Below are positions 34,814-44,914 of a stretch of DNA of 64,000 bases, in pieces. The translations under genes were made by a program, and so were the position numbers. Source of the stretch: Cyanidioschyzon merolae (lineage: Eukaryota); assembly GCA_000091205.1 (NCBI GenBank), contig AP006491.2. The stretch is one strand, 5' to 3'. Each line of letters opens with the position of its first letter. The stretch's first letter is position 1. Below the pieces are notes generated by a model that was not told the origin of the DNA, searched no databases, and saw only the letters and a list, made by a program, of their open reading frames with translations.

Positions 34814-36781
34814 ATGAACACCCCAGAGCGCACAACGTCAGAGGTCGAACGGCGGCCGAGCGCCACCTCTTCTGTCTTTTTGGACGCTGAGGAGAGTGTC
34901 ACTGGTTGGGACTCGGAGACGGCTACCCCCAGGCAGCAACTATCCGTTGATGTCGAAAACCTGAACAATACGGAGCTGTTAGCGGACGAGAGAGCGACAT
35001 CAGTATCGAGTGCTCCTGAACAAGCTGAACGGCAGACCGCAGGATTTGCCTATGATGCCGAACTACACGACCAGTACGTGCAGCGCATGAACTGGTGGTG
35101 CATGATTTTCTGTTGTCAATGCGGTGGTGCATGCTGTGGCTGCTTCTCGAAGAGCGATGTGCGTAAGAGTCGCGAGAGTATTCGTCGGGAGACCTTGGAG
35201 CGCCAAGCGGTCATGATCGGTGAGTTGCTCTCAGCCTACGAATATGACTTATTCAACAAGGAGAAAGAGAACGAGACCTCCTCGACCCAGCGCACACCTT
35301 TTCTCTCGCTGTTTCCATTTTCGCCGCGTTCAGGTAGGCGCCAGGAACAGCCAGACGAGCTCGTCGTCCGCCGTGAGCTCATGAAGCGTTTTGCGCTTTT
35401 ATTCGATCGTTCCCCGGGTTCTCGAAAAACTCGCAAATCGTACCCTGTCTTGCTGCCGCAGGACTGGCTACGCGGCGTTCAGCTCTACATCCTGCTTGGT
35501 GCTTTTGCTGATGAACCTGACCGCATGCAGAGACTGTGCATGAACTTGCCCCCTGTTTCGGTTGCACGCATCCAGTGGCTTCATCACTGGATGCGATTTG
35601 CAGCAGCCCCGCTGGGTCAGTATCTCCTGATGTTGGAAAGGCCGGCATCGGCTTTCATGAACTACCCAAAGTCGATGATTCACGCTCTAAGGATGCGCTC
35701 CGTCCCAGACTCGGCATTGCTAGCGGTTGCGCGACGCTGCAGAGTCGGTCTTGACCGGATTCTGCTCGCCCAGATGCGGTCGCGTACCTTTCTACCCGCT
35801 TTCATCATCGTAGAAGATCCCGTGACGGACAGCTTGGTAGTTTCCGTGCGCGGAACAATGTCCGTCAGCGATGCCTTTACGGACCTTGAAGGAACCCCCG
35901 AGCACTTTGATGTGCGCTGCTGCGAGGGATCGCCCGTGGGCGCAGGCGTCACGATAACAGGTACTGCGCACGGTGGTCTACTGAGATCAGGCGGGAACCT
36001 CTGCAAACGAATCTTACCAGTTTTGAAGCGCGCCGTCGAACGCCGGGGCGGGAACACGCGCATTATCATCACTGGTCACTCTCTCGGCGGCGGTGCTGCT
36101 GCACTGCTTGCGATCATGCTGCAGGCCCACTTGCCGAATGTATATGCGGTTTGCTTCGCTCCACCGCCAGCAGTGAGTATTGAAGCGGCGGAGAAATGCA
36201 AGGCGTTCATGGAGTGCGTTGTACGGGGGAACGACAGCGTTCCAAGAATGTCTTTGCCTGCAATCGCTCACTTCTTGCGCATCGCTTATTTGGGGAAGTC
36301 TCGCCTGAGCCGGCTGCAGAAGCTGGCATTGTTTTTCCGTTGTGGCTGTTTGTGCAAGTTTCCACCAGAGATCCGCGACGCCGTCTCGCACGTGACGTAC
36401 TCGCTTGAGAACCGGCGCATGTTTGTGCCGGGCCGAGTATTTTACATAACAGAGCCGTCAACGAGAAACACATGTGGAGACAATTCATGCTGTGGGCCTG
36501 TCTGTCTCATTGGAGCATGTGAACGCCAGTCCGCCGAGGCTGAAGCACAGGAAAGCCTCCTCCACCGCCGTCTGATTCGCGAAATTGATGCCAAGGAGCT
36601 CCGATGTCTGGTTGGCAGGAATGGCATTATCGAGCATCACATGCCTTGGGGTTATGAACGCGCGTTGCGAGCGCTGCTTCGTGAGGCGAATGCACCATCC
36701 CTCCGACGAAAGGAGCTAGAGGAGCGCAAGCGGATCAGCGAGCCTGCGAATCCGGATGATCTCCCCCTGGAGTCTCGTTAG
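34814..36781 (+). CDS. Class-3 lipase, sn-1 diacylglycerol lipase-like. The ORF track begins at 34748 with GTG; the first ATG is at 34814.
   Basis: ...VVSVRGTMSVSDAFTDLEG... followed by the nucleophile elbow ITGHSLGGGAAALLAIMLQ and ...CFAPPPAVS... follows the Lipase_3/DAGL order. Putative TM segments lie at the N-terminus. Confidence 0.6.
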   Translation: MNTPERTTSEVERRPSATSSVFLDAEESVTGWDSETATPRQQLSVDVENLNNTELLADERATSVSSAPEQAERQTAGFAYDAELHDQYVQRMNWWCMIFCCQCGGACCGCFSKSDVRKSRESIRRETLERQAVMIGELLSAYEYDLFNKEKENETSSTQRTPFLSLFPFSPRSGRRQEQPDELVVRRELMKRFALLFDRSPGSRKTRKSYPVLLPQDWLRGVQLYILLGAFADEPDRMQRLCMNLPPVSVARIQWLHHWMRFAAAPLGQYLLMLERPASAFMNYPKSMIHALRMRSVPDSALLAVARRCRVGLDRILLAQMRSRTFLPAFIIVEDPVTDSLVVSVRGTMSVSDAFTDLEGTPEHFDVRCCEGSPVGAGVTITGTAHGGLLRSGGNLCKRILPVLKRAVERRGGNTRIIITGHSLGGGAAALLAIMLQAHLPNVYAVCFAPPPAVSIEAAEKCKAFMECVVRGNDSVPRMSLPAIAHFLRIAYLGKSRLSRLQKLALFFRCGCLCKFPPEIRDAVSHVTYSLENRRMFVPGRVFYITEPSTRNTCGDNSCCGPVCLIGACERQSAEAEAQESLLHRRLIREIDAKELRCLVGRNGIIEHHMPWGYERALRALLREANAPSLRRKELEERKRISEPANPDDLPLESR

Positions 36782-38913
36782 CTGGCTGGTGGCACCGCCG
36801 AACCAGCATATCGAATCGGTCTAGATGACCCAGCGCCTGGGGGCCTGTGTCCGCTGCAAGCAGCTGAACATTGACAGATTTTGGTGTGGATGCGAGAGCT
36901 TAAGCACACAAACCATTTCTGTGGAGTTCGCTTCGCAAGTCTAGCGAAAATGAACGGAGACTCCATATCTCTGCAGCGGCTTGGTGCAGTGACTCATCCG
37001 GCAGTCCGCGGGGCGTTCCAGTTACACCAGCCGCGTGCTGGAAAGGGTGCACATGGGCGAGCCGTCTTTATGGAGACGCTTTTTATTCACTCAAATGCGC
37101 GTTGGAACGCCGGAGAGGGTTTGCACGACGGCACCATTTCATCTTGGTGCATATGGACGGATTCTCAGAGAGATTCTGCGAAATTATTTTCATCGATGTT
37201 TCATGCTCGTGTTCGGAGCGCACACATGCATTGCTGGTACCGAGTTTCTGCGGCTGCGCATGCACTTATACGTTGCGAGCGTACAACATCATTGTGCACG
37301 GGCACATTCTTCGACATTGTGCGCCGTTTTCCTCTAGCATAGAAACATCTCGTCAAGTCGATCGTGAACGCTGACAGACATGCTTCATTTTGCATTGCTT
37401 TCATTCTATATTTTAATAATTTGGAACGAGTTAAAACTTGAATTTCAGGACCCGCTACCGTTGAACGGGTCAGCGAATACATCAGAAGCAGCGCGTGCCG
37501 CTACTTCGATGCGATCGCGGAGGATGAGCGCAGCTCAGCCTGAAACAGAGGCCCCGCACGACATGATGCGGTGGCAGGCTCGATCATAACAACGTGCTAT
37601 CGGGGCCTCGAAATGGTCTTATTTCGGACGCTCGGAATCGGAACCTAGACCCGGGAGCACGATTGCCATGACCATAATTTGACGCAGAGGGAGAGTTTCG
37701 ATTTGTGCCTTGTTCACTTTTCATGTGCGCCGCCGGGCGTGGCACCTTACTGGCCCGTGCACGCGATGGACACGCCTTGAATCGAGGCTCTGAATACTGA
37801 AGAAACCACGGACGCCTACTCGTGAGCGATGCGGTGAAAAGCTTTTGCATTGTGAACGTCTAGAATGGAGGTCATGCGCTGGCGGAAGCGTCCTTGATAT
37901 CAAGAGTGCTGCAGCATATATCTTCGCCCAGATTGCTGTCCGAAGCTTGCGTTTCAGGAACCGAAATGCTTCTCCGGCAACATCCATGTCTAGCGCTGCG
38001 TGGTGCCGGCGAGAATGTCGCAGTCGTCCGCTCGTACCATCAAGACAAAGAGCCTGTCGAGGCCCGTAATACTAGCGGATCCTGGTTCGTAGACTCGCGA
38101 CCAGTACCAAAAGTCAACGCTCTCGAAGACGCACCGAGGCTGCCTCGTTCCAGTGCGACAGGTGCGTCAAGCTTGGCGCCAGAAGTGCTATTGGTCGTAT
38201 CAAGCCTTGCATCCACGAGGATTGCTGCCCTGAAGCACAGATCTCGTTGAGGCATCCTTGAAGAAACGACGGTCTAATCTCTGGCAGACGGCAACAAGTT
38301 TGCTTTCGGAATCGTCTGATTCATGTCATCACGCATCCAGCATGGAAAAGAATGGACACGTACACAGACGCAATCCGCGGAAGCGAGCAGCGGGCAGCAA
38401 AGCTCCATCCTTGGTGTGCAGACACAGCACAGTTGGATCTTCCCATAGGGCGGGCTCAACGCATGCGCCCAGCGATTCACGGCACTGCATGCTGTATTTT
38501 TTTGTGGACAAAACGTTTACTTAGGCCAGCGTTCTCCGATTATGCGCTTTTTTCTTTTCTTCCTTTTTTGTGTGTTTTTCAGTGCGCGGTGAGGTATCCA
38601 TCAACCCCCTACTCCCATGTTCCATTACCTATACTTCGTCTCGGATATTCTGGTCGTTTCATACGTCCTATCGTGTGCCGAGCCTACCGAAAGCGACAGC
38701 AATAGCGCCTATAGCGCCGGTGCGGTCACTGCATGCTGTATGTGCGGCAAGTTACCGTTTGGATCGCATCCATCCCATATCAGACTAAAACTGTTAATAA
38801 TTAGATAAAGTGTATCAAATGGGAAACTCGGTCACTAAGCCGCGGCGCGCTCGAATTGGCGCGAAAACGCTCCGCAGTCGTTGCCGCAACATTTGGTTCT
38901 AACGCCAGTGGCC

Positions 38914-41900
38914 ATGCCAAGAGCCAGTCGAGGTGCAAACGGCAAAGCAGCTGAAGCGCTGCGGAGGCTTGCTGAAGCTCGTGAAAGCGGTAGGCGACCA
39001 AGTGAGGACTATGAGCTCGAAGAACCTGAGCGGGTATACGAGGCGGTGGACGAGGACACGTATCGATCGCGTCGGGCGGAAGAACGCCACCAGGTACGAA
39101 GCTTCATTGTCAAGGACCGGGCAACGTTCTCGGGCAGCTCCGAGGACGAAGACTGCTTGACGTATTCAGAGGAGGAGAGTGAAGGGCGAACAAGCGCTCG
39201 ATCACGTGTGCGCGCGGGACGACAGCGAAGCAGGGAGCGAGGCTCGAGTGCTACAGTGGCGCGGAACCTGCTCAAACCGACTCAAACTCGTTTCCTGGGG
39301 CAGCCTACAGTACCGGGGACGCTCAAAATTGAGCAAGCCGCTCTGGCTACTTCCGTTGCGTCACATGGGCGTGTGCAGTCAGCCTCAAGCTCTGGTCGAC
39401 GCAAAAGCTTGGTTGACGAACTGCTCGCTGAGCAAGATGAATGGGCAGCGGGCGAGGAACGCACGTTTGTCGCCTCGAGAGCGCGCGGAAACGATAGTCG
39501 CCCGCTAGATGCACAGCCAAATCAGCATCCGACATCGGGTGTGATATCGGCACCACGACGGCGACGTGGCGCCCAAGATCTGCTCGTGGAGAGTGGCCCG
39601 CAGATCCCACTCGAAAGCCGTTCAGATACGGATCACGATCACGAGCATGATCCGAGAACACCCAGTACCCAAGAAAAATCTTGGACGACTCTCCAGGCTG
39701 CAAATGCGAGCGATTCTGAAAATGACATGGAGGTGAACGACGTCGACGCCGACCTCCTCCTGGATCGCGTACTTGAACTCGAGGCCGAATACGCCCACGA
39801 GGCAACTGAAAACGGAGTAACTGCCGTAGAAGGCGATCTTCCTGGTGATCGCGTTCCCGCGCTAACCTTTTTCGCGCTCGACATGCAGGAAATTTTGGAC
39901 AAAGTCTTCGTGTTCGGTCGAGCTCTGTTGCCGGAAACAAGCTCTTCAACTGCGGTTTGTGTTCAAGTTTGCGGCATTGAAAGGGAAATCTTCTTCTTGC
40001 CTCGAATGTACGTAGACTGCCCCGACGACGAGCAGGCAACACCACGTCCCTACCCGATCCTTGCGTCCGAGCAGGAGCCAAGATTGGCCCCCATCTCAGA
40101 AGGCATTGCTTTCTCCTGTGTCTACGAGGAAGTCAAGTCAGTTTTGCTGGCTCGCGGCATCACCGAATTCACCGCCCGTCGCGAGGAACGTTGTTTCCTT
40201 ACGAACCAGATCGATCGTCGCCGGGCGGAAGTAACATCGTGTTTGCGTGTGCGATACCCGGCAAAGTATCGAGCTTTGGAAACTGCTCTCGAGGGCCAGA
40301 CTTTCTCCCAAATCGTTGGTTCAAGAAATTCACCGCTAGAGAATTTCATACTTGAGCGATGCGTGCCAGGTCCGTGTTGGGTACAAGTCTCGAACGCAAG
40401 CCGCGTCACTGGGATATCATCATGTCGTTGGAGCCTTAACGTGGACTCGCCAGCTCAGTTCAGAGTGCTCGCGGCGGAGGAGATTCCAGCGTCGCAACCG
40501 CCAGGGCTGCGCGTACTGACGTTTTCCTTGCGCACGATCGCTGAGGCATCTCCTACATCGTTCGAAATAGCGATAATCTGCGCGACTGTATTCGATAATG
40601 TGCCCACGAACCGGAACTTGGGCGAAACGCCGCACCCTTCCATGCAGTTTGGCATCGTTCGGCCGCCAGCGCATGAGGCATTCCCTTTCGGTTTCGAGCG
40701 AATGATTTCGGGAAGAAGAATTCTTCGCGAGCGGAACGAGCTCGCCATGATCGAGCGCTTTCTCCGCGAAATCAATCAGCTAGATCCAGATGTCATCATT
40801 TGCCACCAGCTCCTCACGAGCCAATTCGATGTGTTCTTGAAAAGAATGCGTGAGCTGCGTCTCCGTGACTGGTGGCAGCTCGGCCGGCTTGTTCAGCGAC
40901 GTCCTTTGCAAGATTTTCGAAGTCATATGCAAGCATCTGGTCGCGGTTTGAATCCTGCACTGGCTCGGCAAATTTTCGCCGGGCGGCTCTTATGCGACAC
41001 AGAGGAGGCGGCTCGAGAGTACTTGCACAAGGAGAAGGACTATGGGCTCCGTGTCCTCTGCCGGGCGCTCCTCGGCTCCTACAAAAGCGCCGCGACGGGT
41101 AGCGATGGTGAATGGTCAGCCCAAGCCATGCGTTCAGTTTATCGCGAGGCGAAGCATCTCGTGGGGGCCATCGACTCATGTCTGGAAGACGCCAAGCTCA
41201 GCTTCCTCTTGGCAGACCGACTGGCGGTCATTCCGCTTACGAATGAGCTCGCCAGCATATGTGGATACCCTTGGGGTAAGACGATGCTTGGAAATCGAGC
41301 TGAGCGCATTGAGTATCTGCTGCTGCACGAGATCCACCGTTCTGGCAAGTACGTTGCGCCTGATCGGAGTTCGGGCCAAAGAGCCAGCATCCGACCGAAA
41401 CGCCCAAGCTTCGACCCGACAGCGCAGGCAAGCGCCGACAAAAGGCTGGACGCTGCGAGAACTCCCTCCAGTACACAGAGAGGTGCCTCAACACCGACCA
41501 CAACTGAGGGCAGCGCACTCGAGCTTGCGTCTTCAGCCAAACGGCGCAAACCTGCCTACCAAGGGGGATATGTGCTCGAGCCAAAGCGCGGTCTTTACGG
41601 GACTTGCGTTCTGCAACTCGACTTTAGCTCCCTCTACCCGTCCATCATTCAGGAATACAACATAGACTTTACCACCGTCACATTGGACTCTGAGGGAAAC
41701 GCCCTCTTGCCCAAACATAGCAACGAGCTGGGCATTCTTCCAACCGTGCTTCGGAGGCTCGTTCAGCGACGAAGACAGGTTCGAGAAGCGGCTCGCAACG
41801 AGTCGAGCCCTGTCCGCCAGCAACAGCTGCACACCAGGCAGCTAGCGCTCAAACTGACAGCGAACGCCCTGTATGGTTGTTTGGGATACGTCCACTCGCG

Positions 41901-43497
41901 TTTCCACATTCGCGAACTTGCGGAACTGATCACACGAACTGGACGGGAAACGCTTGAGCGTACAGTAGAGCTCGCGGAACAAGTTTTGCTTCGAAAGCTC
42001 GACGACCTGGTTGCAGCGTCAAACGTACCGGATCGTGCTTCTGGGGTCCAGCCTCGCGTTATCTACGGCGATACGGACTCGATCTTCATCGACAGCGGGA
42101 TTCCTTTTTCCTCTGATTCCGTGCAGCGTATCATGGAGCTGGGCCATGCTATTCGCCGCGAGGTTAATAAGCAGTACCATACTTTGGAAATTGAAATCGA
42201 AGCGTTGTATGTGCGTATGTTATTACTGAACAAGAAGAAATATGCCGCGCTCAAGTACCAGATCGATACCGGCTCATTCAGCAAGGAGGTCAAAGGCATC
42301 GAAGTCGTTCGACACGACTGGTGCGCGCTCGTCGCCGCAGCGGGCAACTTTGCCCTGGATCAGATTTTGGACCCAACCTGTGTGGCCACGGAAGCGAAAG
42401 ACCGCATTTGCAAGTACTTGTCGGAGCTGGCGACGCGCATGCGGCAAGGACGCGTCGACCTAGATCAGTTCGTTATCACCAAACAGCTGACCCATGACCC
42501 GGATGCCTACGATGATGCAGCGATCCAGCCGCATGTGCAGGTCGCCCTGCGTCGGCGAGAACGTGGATACGTCGTCGCAGCTGGCACCTTTATCCAGTAC
42601 GTTGTGTGCCGGGAGCCGTGCGATACTCGGCTTCGACGAGGAGAGGCAATCGATGGTGCTCGCGCACCCATCGATACCGTTGCACGTCGGGCGTGCCATC
42701 CGGATGAGTACCGCGAAGCACAGGGCATGCTGCATCTCGATATCGACTGGTATTTAGAGAATCAGTTGCATGCGGTGCTGAGGCGTATAACGGAGTCTGT
42801 TCCAGGCCTTGATGCCGCTGCACTGGCGTGCTGTCTTGGTCTGAACGCCCAACCGTTCCTGCGAGCTCGAATCATGGCCGACCAGATGACACCCGGAAGC
42901 ACCGCGTCGAGTCAAGACCAACGTCGCAAGCTTCTTGTCGAGGATCTTTTTGGTGCGTTGTCCGATCCGCTCGTGGTGCCGTTCACAGCCCAGTGTCCCG
43001 CTTGTGATCAGCGGTTTCCCATCGATTTCCGCTTCGAAGGCGAACACATCAGACCGGCCATTCATATTGATCGTTGCCCACGACCAGCTTGCGGTGCCGT
43101 CATCCCAGTCACCGTGCTTAAGCAGCAGTTAATCGTGTTCATTCGCCACGTGATCCGTCGGTACTACACGAGTCCCGAACTGTTGAGAGGCCATGCTTGT
43201 CGAGCCGCCGACGACGACTGGCTCGCGCACCAAGACTCGGATGTTACGTCGTTCCCGTTGTCAAGTGAATCGCTTCTCCAGGAGGGAATCTCTGAACGCG
43301 AATATGGCGAACGCACGCTCTATGCGCAATTGGAGCGATTACAACTTGCCTTGGGCAAAAATTCCGACGATCCAGATGCGGAGAAGCCGTCCGGGGGTTC
43401 AGCATCCACAGCTGCTGTGGCGTTGCAAGCCCTTGTTCAGTCGTATCTAGATGCATGCGCGTACCAGTACGTTGAGCTCAGAGCCTTGTTCTCCTGA
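38914..43497 (+). CDS. POLA1: DNA polymerase alpha catalytic subunit (family B). The ORF track starts at 38881 with TTG; the first ATG is at 38914.
   Basis: Pol-alpha motifs: region II LQLDFSSLYPSIIQEYNIDFTTV; region III/motif B KLTANALYGCLGY; region I/motif C VIYGDTDSIFI. The C-terminal Cys-rich zinc modules (CPACDQRF...CPRPACG) are typical of Pol alpha. Confidence 0.92.
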   Translation: MPRASRGANGKAAEALRRLAEARESGRRPSEDYELEEPERVYEAVDEDTYRSRRAEERHQVRSFIVKDRATFSGSSEDEDCLTYSEEESEGRTSARSRVRAGRQRSRERGSSATVARNLLKPTQTRFLGQPTVPGTLKIEQAALATSVASHGRVQSASSSGRRKSLVDELLAEQDEWAAGEERTFVASRARGNDSRPLDAQPNQHPTSGVISAPRRRRGAQDLLVESGPQIPLESRSDTDHDHEHDPRTPSTQEKSWTTLQAANASDSENDMEVNDVDADLLLDRVLELEAEYAHEATENGVTAVEGDLPGDRVPALTFFALDMQEILDKVFVFGRALLPETSSSTAVCVQVCGIEREIFFLPRMYVDCPDDEQATPRPYPILASEQEPRLAPISEGIAFSCVYEEVKSVLLARGITEFTARREERCFLTNQIDRRRAEVTSCLRVRYPAKYRALETALEGQTFSQIVGSRNSPLENFILERCVPGPCWVQVSNASRVTGISSCRWSLNVDSPAQFRVLAAEEIPASQPPGLRVLTFSLRTIAEASPTSFEIAIICATVFDNVPTNRNLGETPHPSMQFGIVRPPAHEAFPFGFERMISGRRILRERNELAMIERFLREINQLDPDVIICHQLLTSQFDVFLKRMRELRLRDWWQLGRLVQRRPLQDFRSHMQASGRGLNPALARQIFAGRLLCDTEEAAREYLHKEKDYGLRVLCRALLGSYKSAATGSDGEWSAQAMRSVYREAKHLVGAIDSCLEDAKLSFLLADRLAVIPLTNELASICGYPWGKTMLGNRAERIEYLLLHEIHRSGKYVAPDRSSGQRASIRPKRPSFDPTAQASADKRLDAARTPSSTQRGASTPTTTEGSALELASSAKRRKPAYQGGYVLEPKRGLYGTCVLQLDFSSLYPSIIQEYNIDFTTVTLDSEGNALLPKHSNELGILPTVLRRLVQRRRQVREAARNESSPVRQQQLHTRQLALKLTANALYGCLGYVHSRFHIRELAELITRTGRETLERTVELAEQVLLRKLDDLVAASNVPDRASGVQPRVIYGDTDSIFIDSGIPFSSDSVQRIMELGHAIRREVNKQYHTLEIEIEALYVRMLLLNKKKYAALKYQIDTGSFSKEVKGIEVVRHDWCALVAAAGNFALDQILDPTCVATEAKDRICKYLSELATRMRQGRVDLDQFVITKQLTHDPDAYDDAAIQPHVQVALRRRERGYVVAAGTFIQYVVCREPCDTRLRRGEAIDGARAPIDTVARRACHPDEYREAQGMLHLDIDWYLENQLHAVLRRITESVPGLDAAALACCLGLNAQPFLRARIMADQMTPGSTASSQDQRRKLLVEDLFGALSDPLVVPFTAQCPACDQRFPIDFRFEGEHIRPAIHIDRCPRPACGAVIPVTVLKQQLIVFIRHVIRRYYTSPELLRGHACRAADDDWLAHQDSDVTSFPLSSESLLQEGISEREYGERTLYAQLERLQLALGKNSDDPDAEKPSGGSASTAAVALQALVQSYLDACAYQYVELRALFS

Positions 43498-43644
43498 CTC
43501 GGGGCCAGGAGCCGGCTGCTCCTTCGTGCCATTATGGCAGTGCTAGCACGACGGTGCTGCGATCGCACACCAGTATGCGAGACCGGTCGTGTACGCGCTC
43601 AGTGGTTCACGTTGATGACTTGATACATAGCTGGTCGTGCCGCG

Positions 43645-44817
43645 CTACCTCGAGAAGCTGATTCCCTCGCTCTCGAGGAACCGCATTAACAGCTGGGTCG
43701 ATACGCTGACGTGCTTTGCTGCCAGCGTTTCCATAATTGCTCGTAACGGCACGCAGTCAAGTAAAAGAATACGCTCGTAGAGTGCAGAATCGGCTTTGAT
43801 TGCATCGCGAATGCTTCGGAAGCGGATGCTGTCTCGGTCGAGAGAAGCAGGCACTGCAGCATCTGGGGCAGTCGATGGCGCCTCGGTCGCACTGCAGTCC
43901 GATATCGGGTTCTCGGTGTGCTCCAGCGAACTTGAATGGAGTGCCGCCTCAGTGCTCGCCTCGTGCCCAGAAAGGTCACTGGCGTCGTCGCAGAGGTCGA
44001 CAACCTCGACGGCGTCTTCAGGGCGTGTCGGGATCGTCTCCGTTGGAGCGGGTAGCGTGGCGCCTCCGGTACCAGTGCGGAGCATGTCCCGCCCGATTTG
44101 AAGCGCACCCGCCAGTTGTGTATAGCCATTTCGATACAGTTCTATATCCTCGCATGAATCACTGGCGCAAACAGTCTCACGCTCACATGACTCCTGTGCA
44201 CTGCATCCGTCGTGGTCGCTCGAGTAACGTGGCATCCGCCGCTTCTTCACGCACGCGAGCCGATCCAGTGCAGGTTCCTCGACAAAGCAAAGCGTTTGCT
44301 TTCGCCGCTTCTCGTTCTGTTTCCCCAGGTTTGCAAGGGAAATACGGTATGCAGGTGTACGTAGTGCTTCCCAGAGCCGTTCGGCGCTTGATCGCGGAAT
44401 CTTCAGAAGCTCCAGGTCCGGCTGTTTGAGCAGGAAGAGCCGCTCGAGCGTCAGCTTCTCGCTGACAAGCAGTTCTGCGTAGCGTGCGACACCGTGTGCA
44501 GCCAGAAAGCGTCTCAGTGGTCCAAAAAGTCGCTCTTTTTGAATGCGTCTTTTCAAAAGCTTTTTCTCTTCCAGGGCACGTAGACGTTCGAGATCTGCGC
44601 GAAAACTGCAGCGATCGACGTGACGCCAGCGCCAGTCGAGCGCCCACGAACCAATCTCACGTCCACAGAACGGACACTTGACCTCCTCGTTACCAGAAAC
44701 TTCCTCGGTTTCGGAAACTGATGCAGGTGCTGTAGTAGGACAACAGGTTTCCAAGTGGTGCAGCTGCTCGTAGAGGCACAGAGAATCCAGCGGTGTCTGG
44801 CACTTGCTACAGTGCAT
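43645..44817 (-). CDS. SLX4-like structure-specific endonuclease scaffold (UBZ4 finger plus C-terminal Slx1-binding-like domain). Tentative.
   Basis: ATG at 44817. UBZ4-type finger VKCPFCGREIGSWALDWRWRHVDRCS (CPxC...HVDxC). The C-terminal tail ...ALYERILLLDCVPLRAIMETLAAKHVSVSTQLLMRFLESEGISF resembles the conserved SLX4 C-terminal domain, which ends ...FLDSxGITF. Confidence 0.4.
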   Translation of the reverse strand: MHCSKCQTPLDSLCLYEQLHHLETCCPTTAPASVSETEEVSGNEEVKCPFCGREIGSWALDWRWRHVDRCSFRADLERLRALEEKKLLKRRIQKERLFGPLRRFLAAHGVARYAELLVSEKLTLERLFLLKQPDLELLKIPRSSAERLWEALRTPAYRISLANLGKQNEKRRKQTLCFVEEPALDRLACVKKRRMPRYSSDHDGCSAQESCERETVCASDSCEDIELYRNGYTQLAGALQIGRDMLRTGTGGATLPAPTETIPTRPEDAVEVVDLCDDASDLSGHEASTEAALHSSSLEHTENPISDCSATEAPSTAPDAAVPASLDRDSIRFRSIRDAIKADSALYERILLLDCVPLRAIMETLAAKHVSVSTQLLMRFLESEGISFSR

Positions 44818-44914
44818 ACATGAAAGGAAACCACACTCGCGCTGGGACGAACACCGGACTTGAATTTTTTTGAACGGCAGCGATTGGCAGCGACTCGGCA
44901 GGCGCCGAACTCGT

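Noticed and set aside
39347-40081. Long ORFs antisense to or overlapping DNA polymerase alpha: the 244-aa minus-strand ORF 39347..40081, plus 40814..41179-, 41042..41665+ and others.
   Set aside because: They lie entirely inside the well-supported Pol alpha CDS on other frames or strands. They are Arg/Pro/Gly-rich low-complexity translations, typical of GC-rich coding DNA. None has a recognisable motif.
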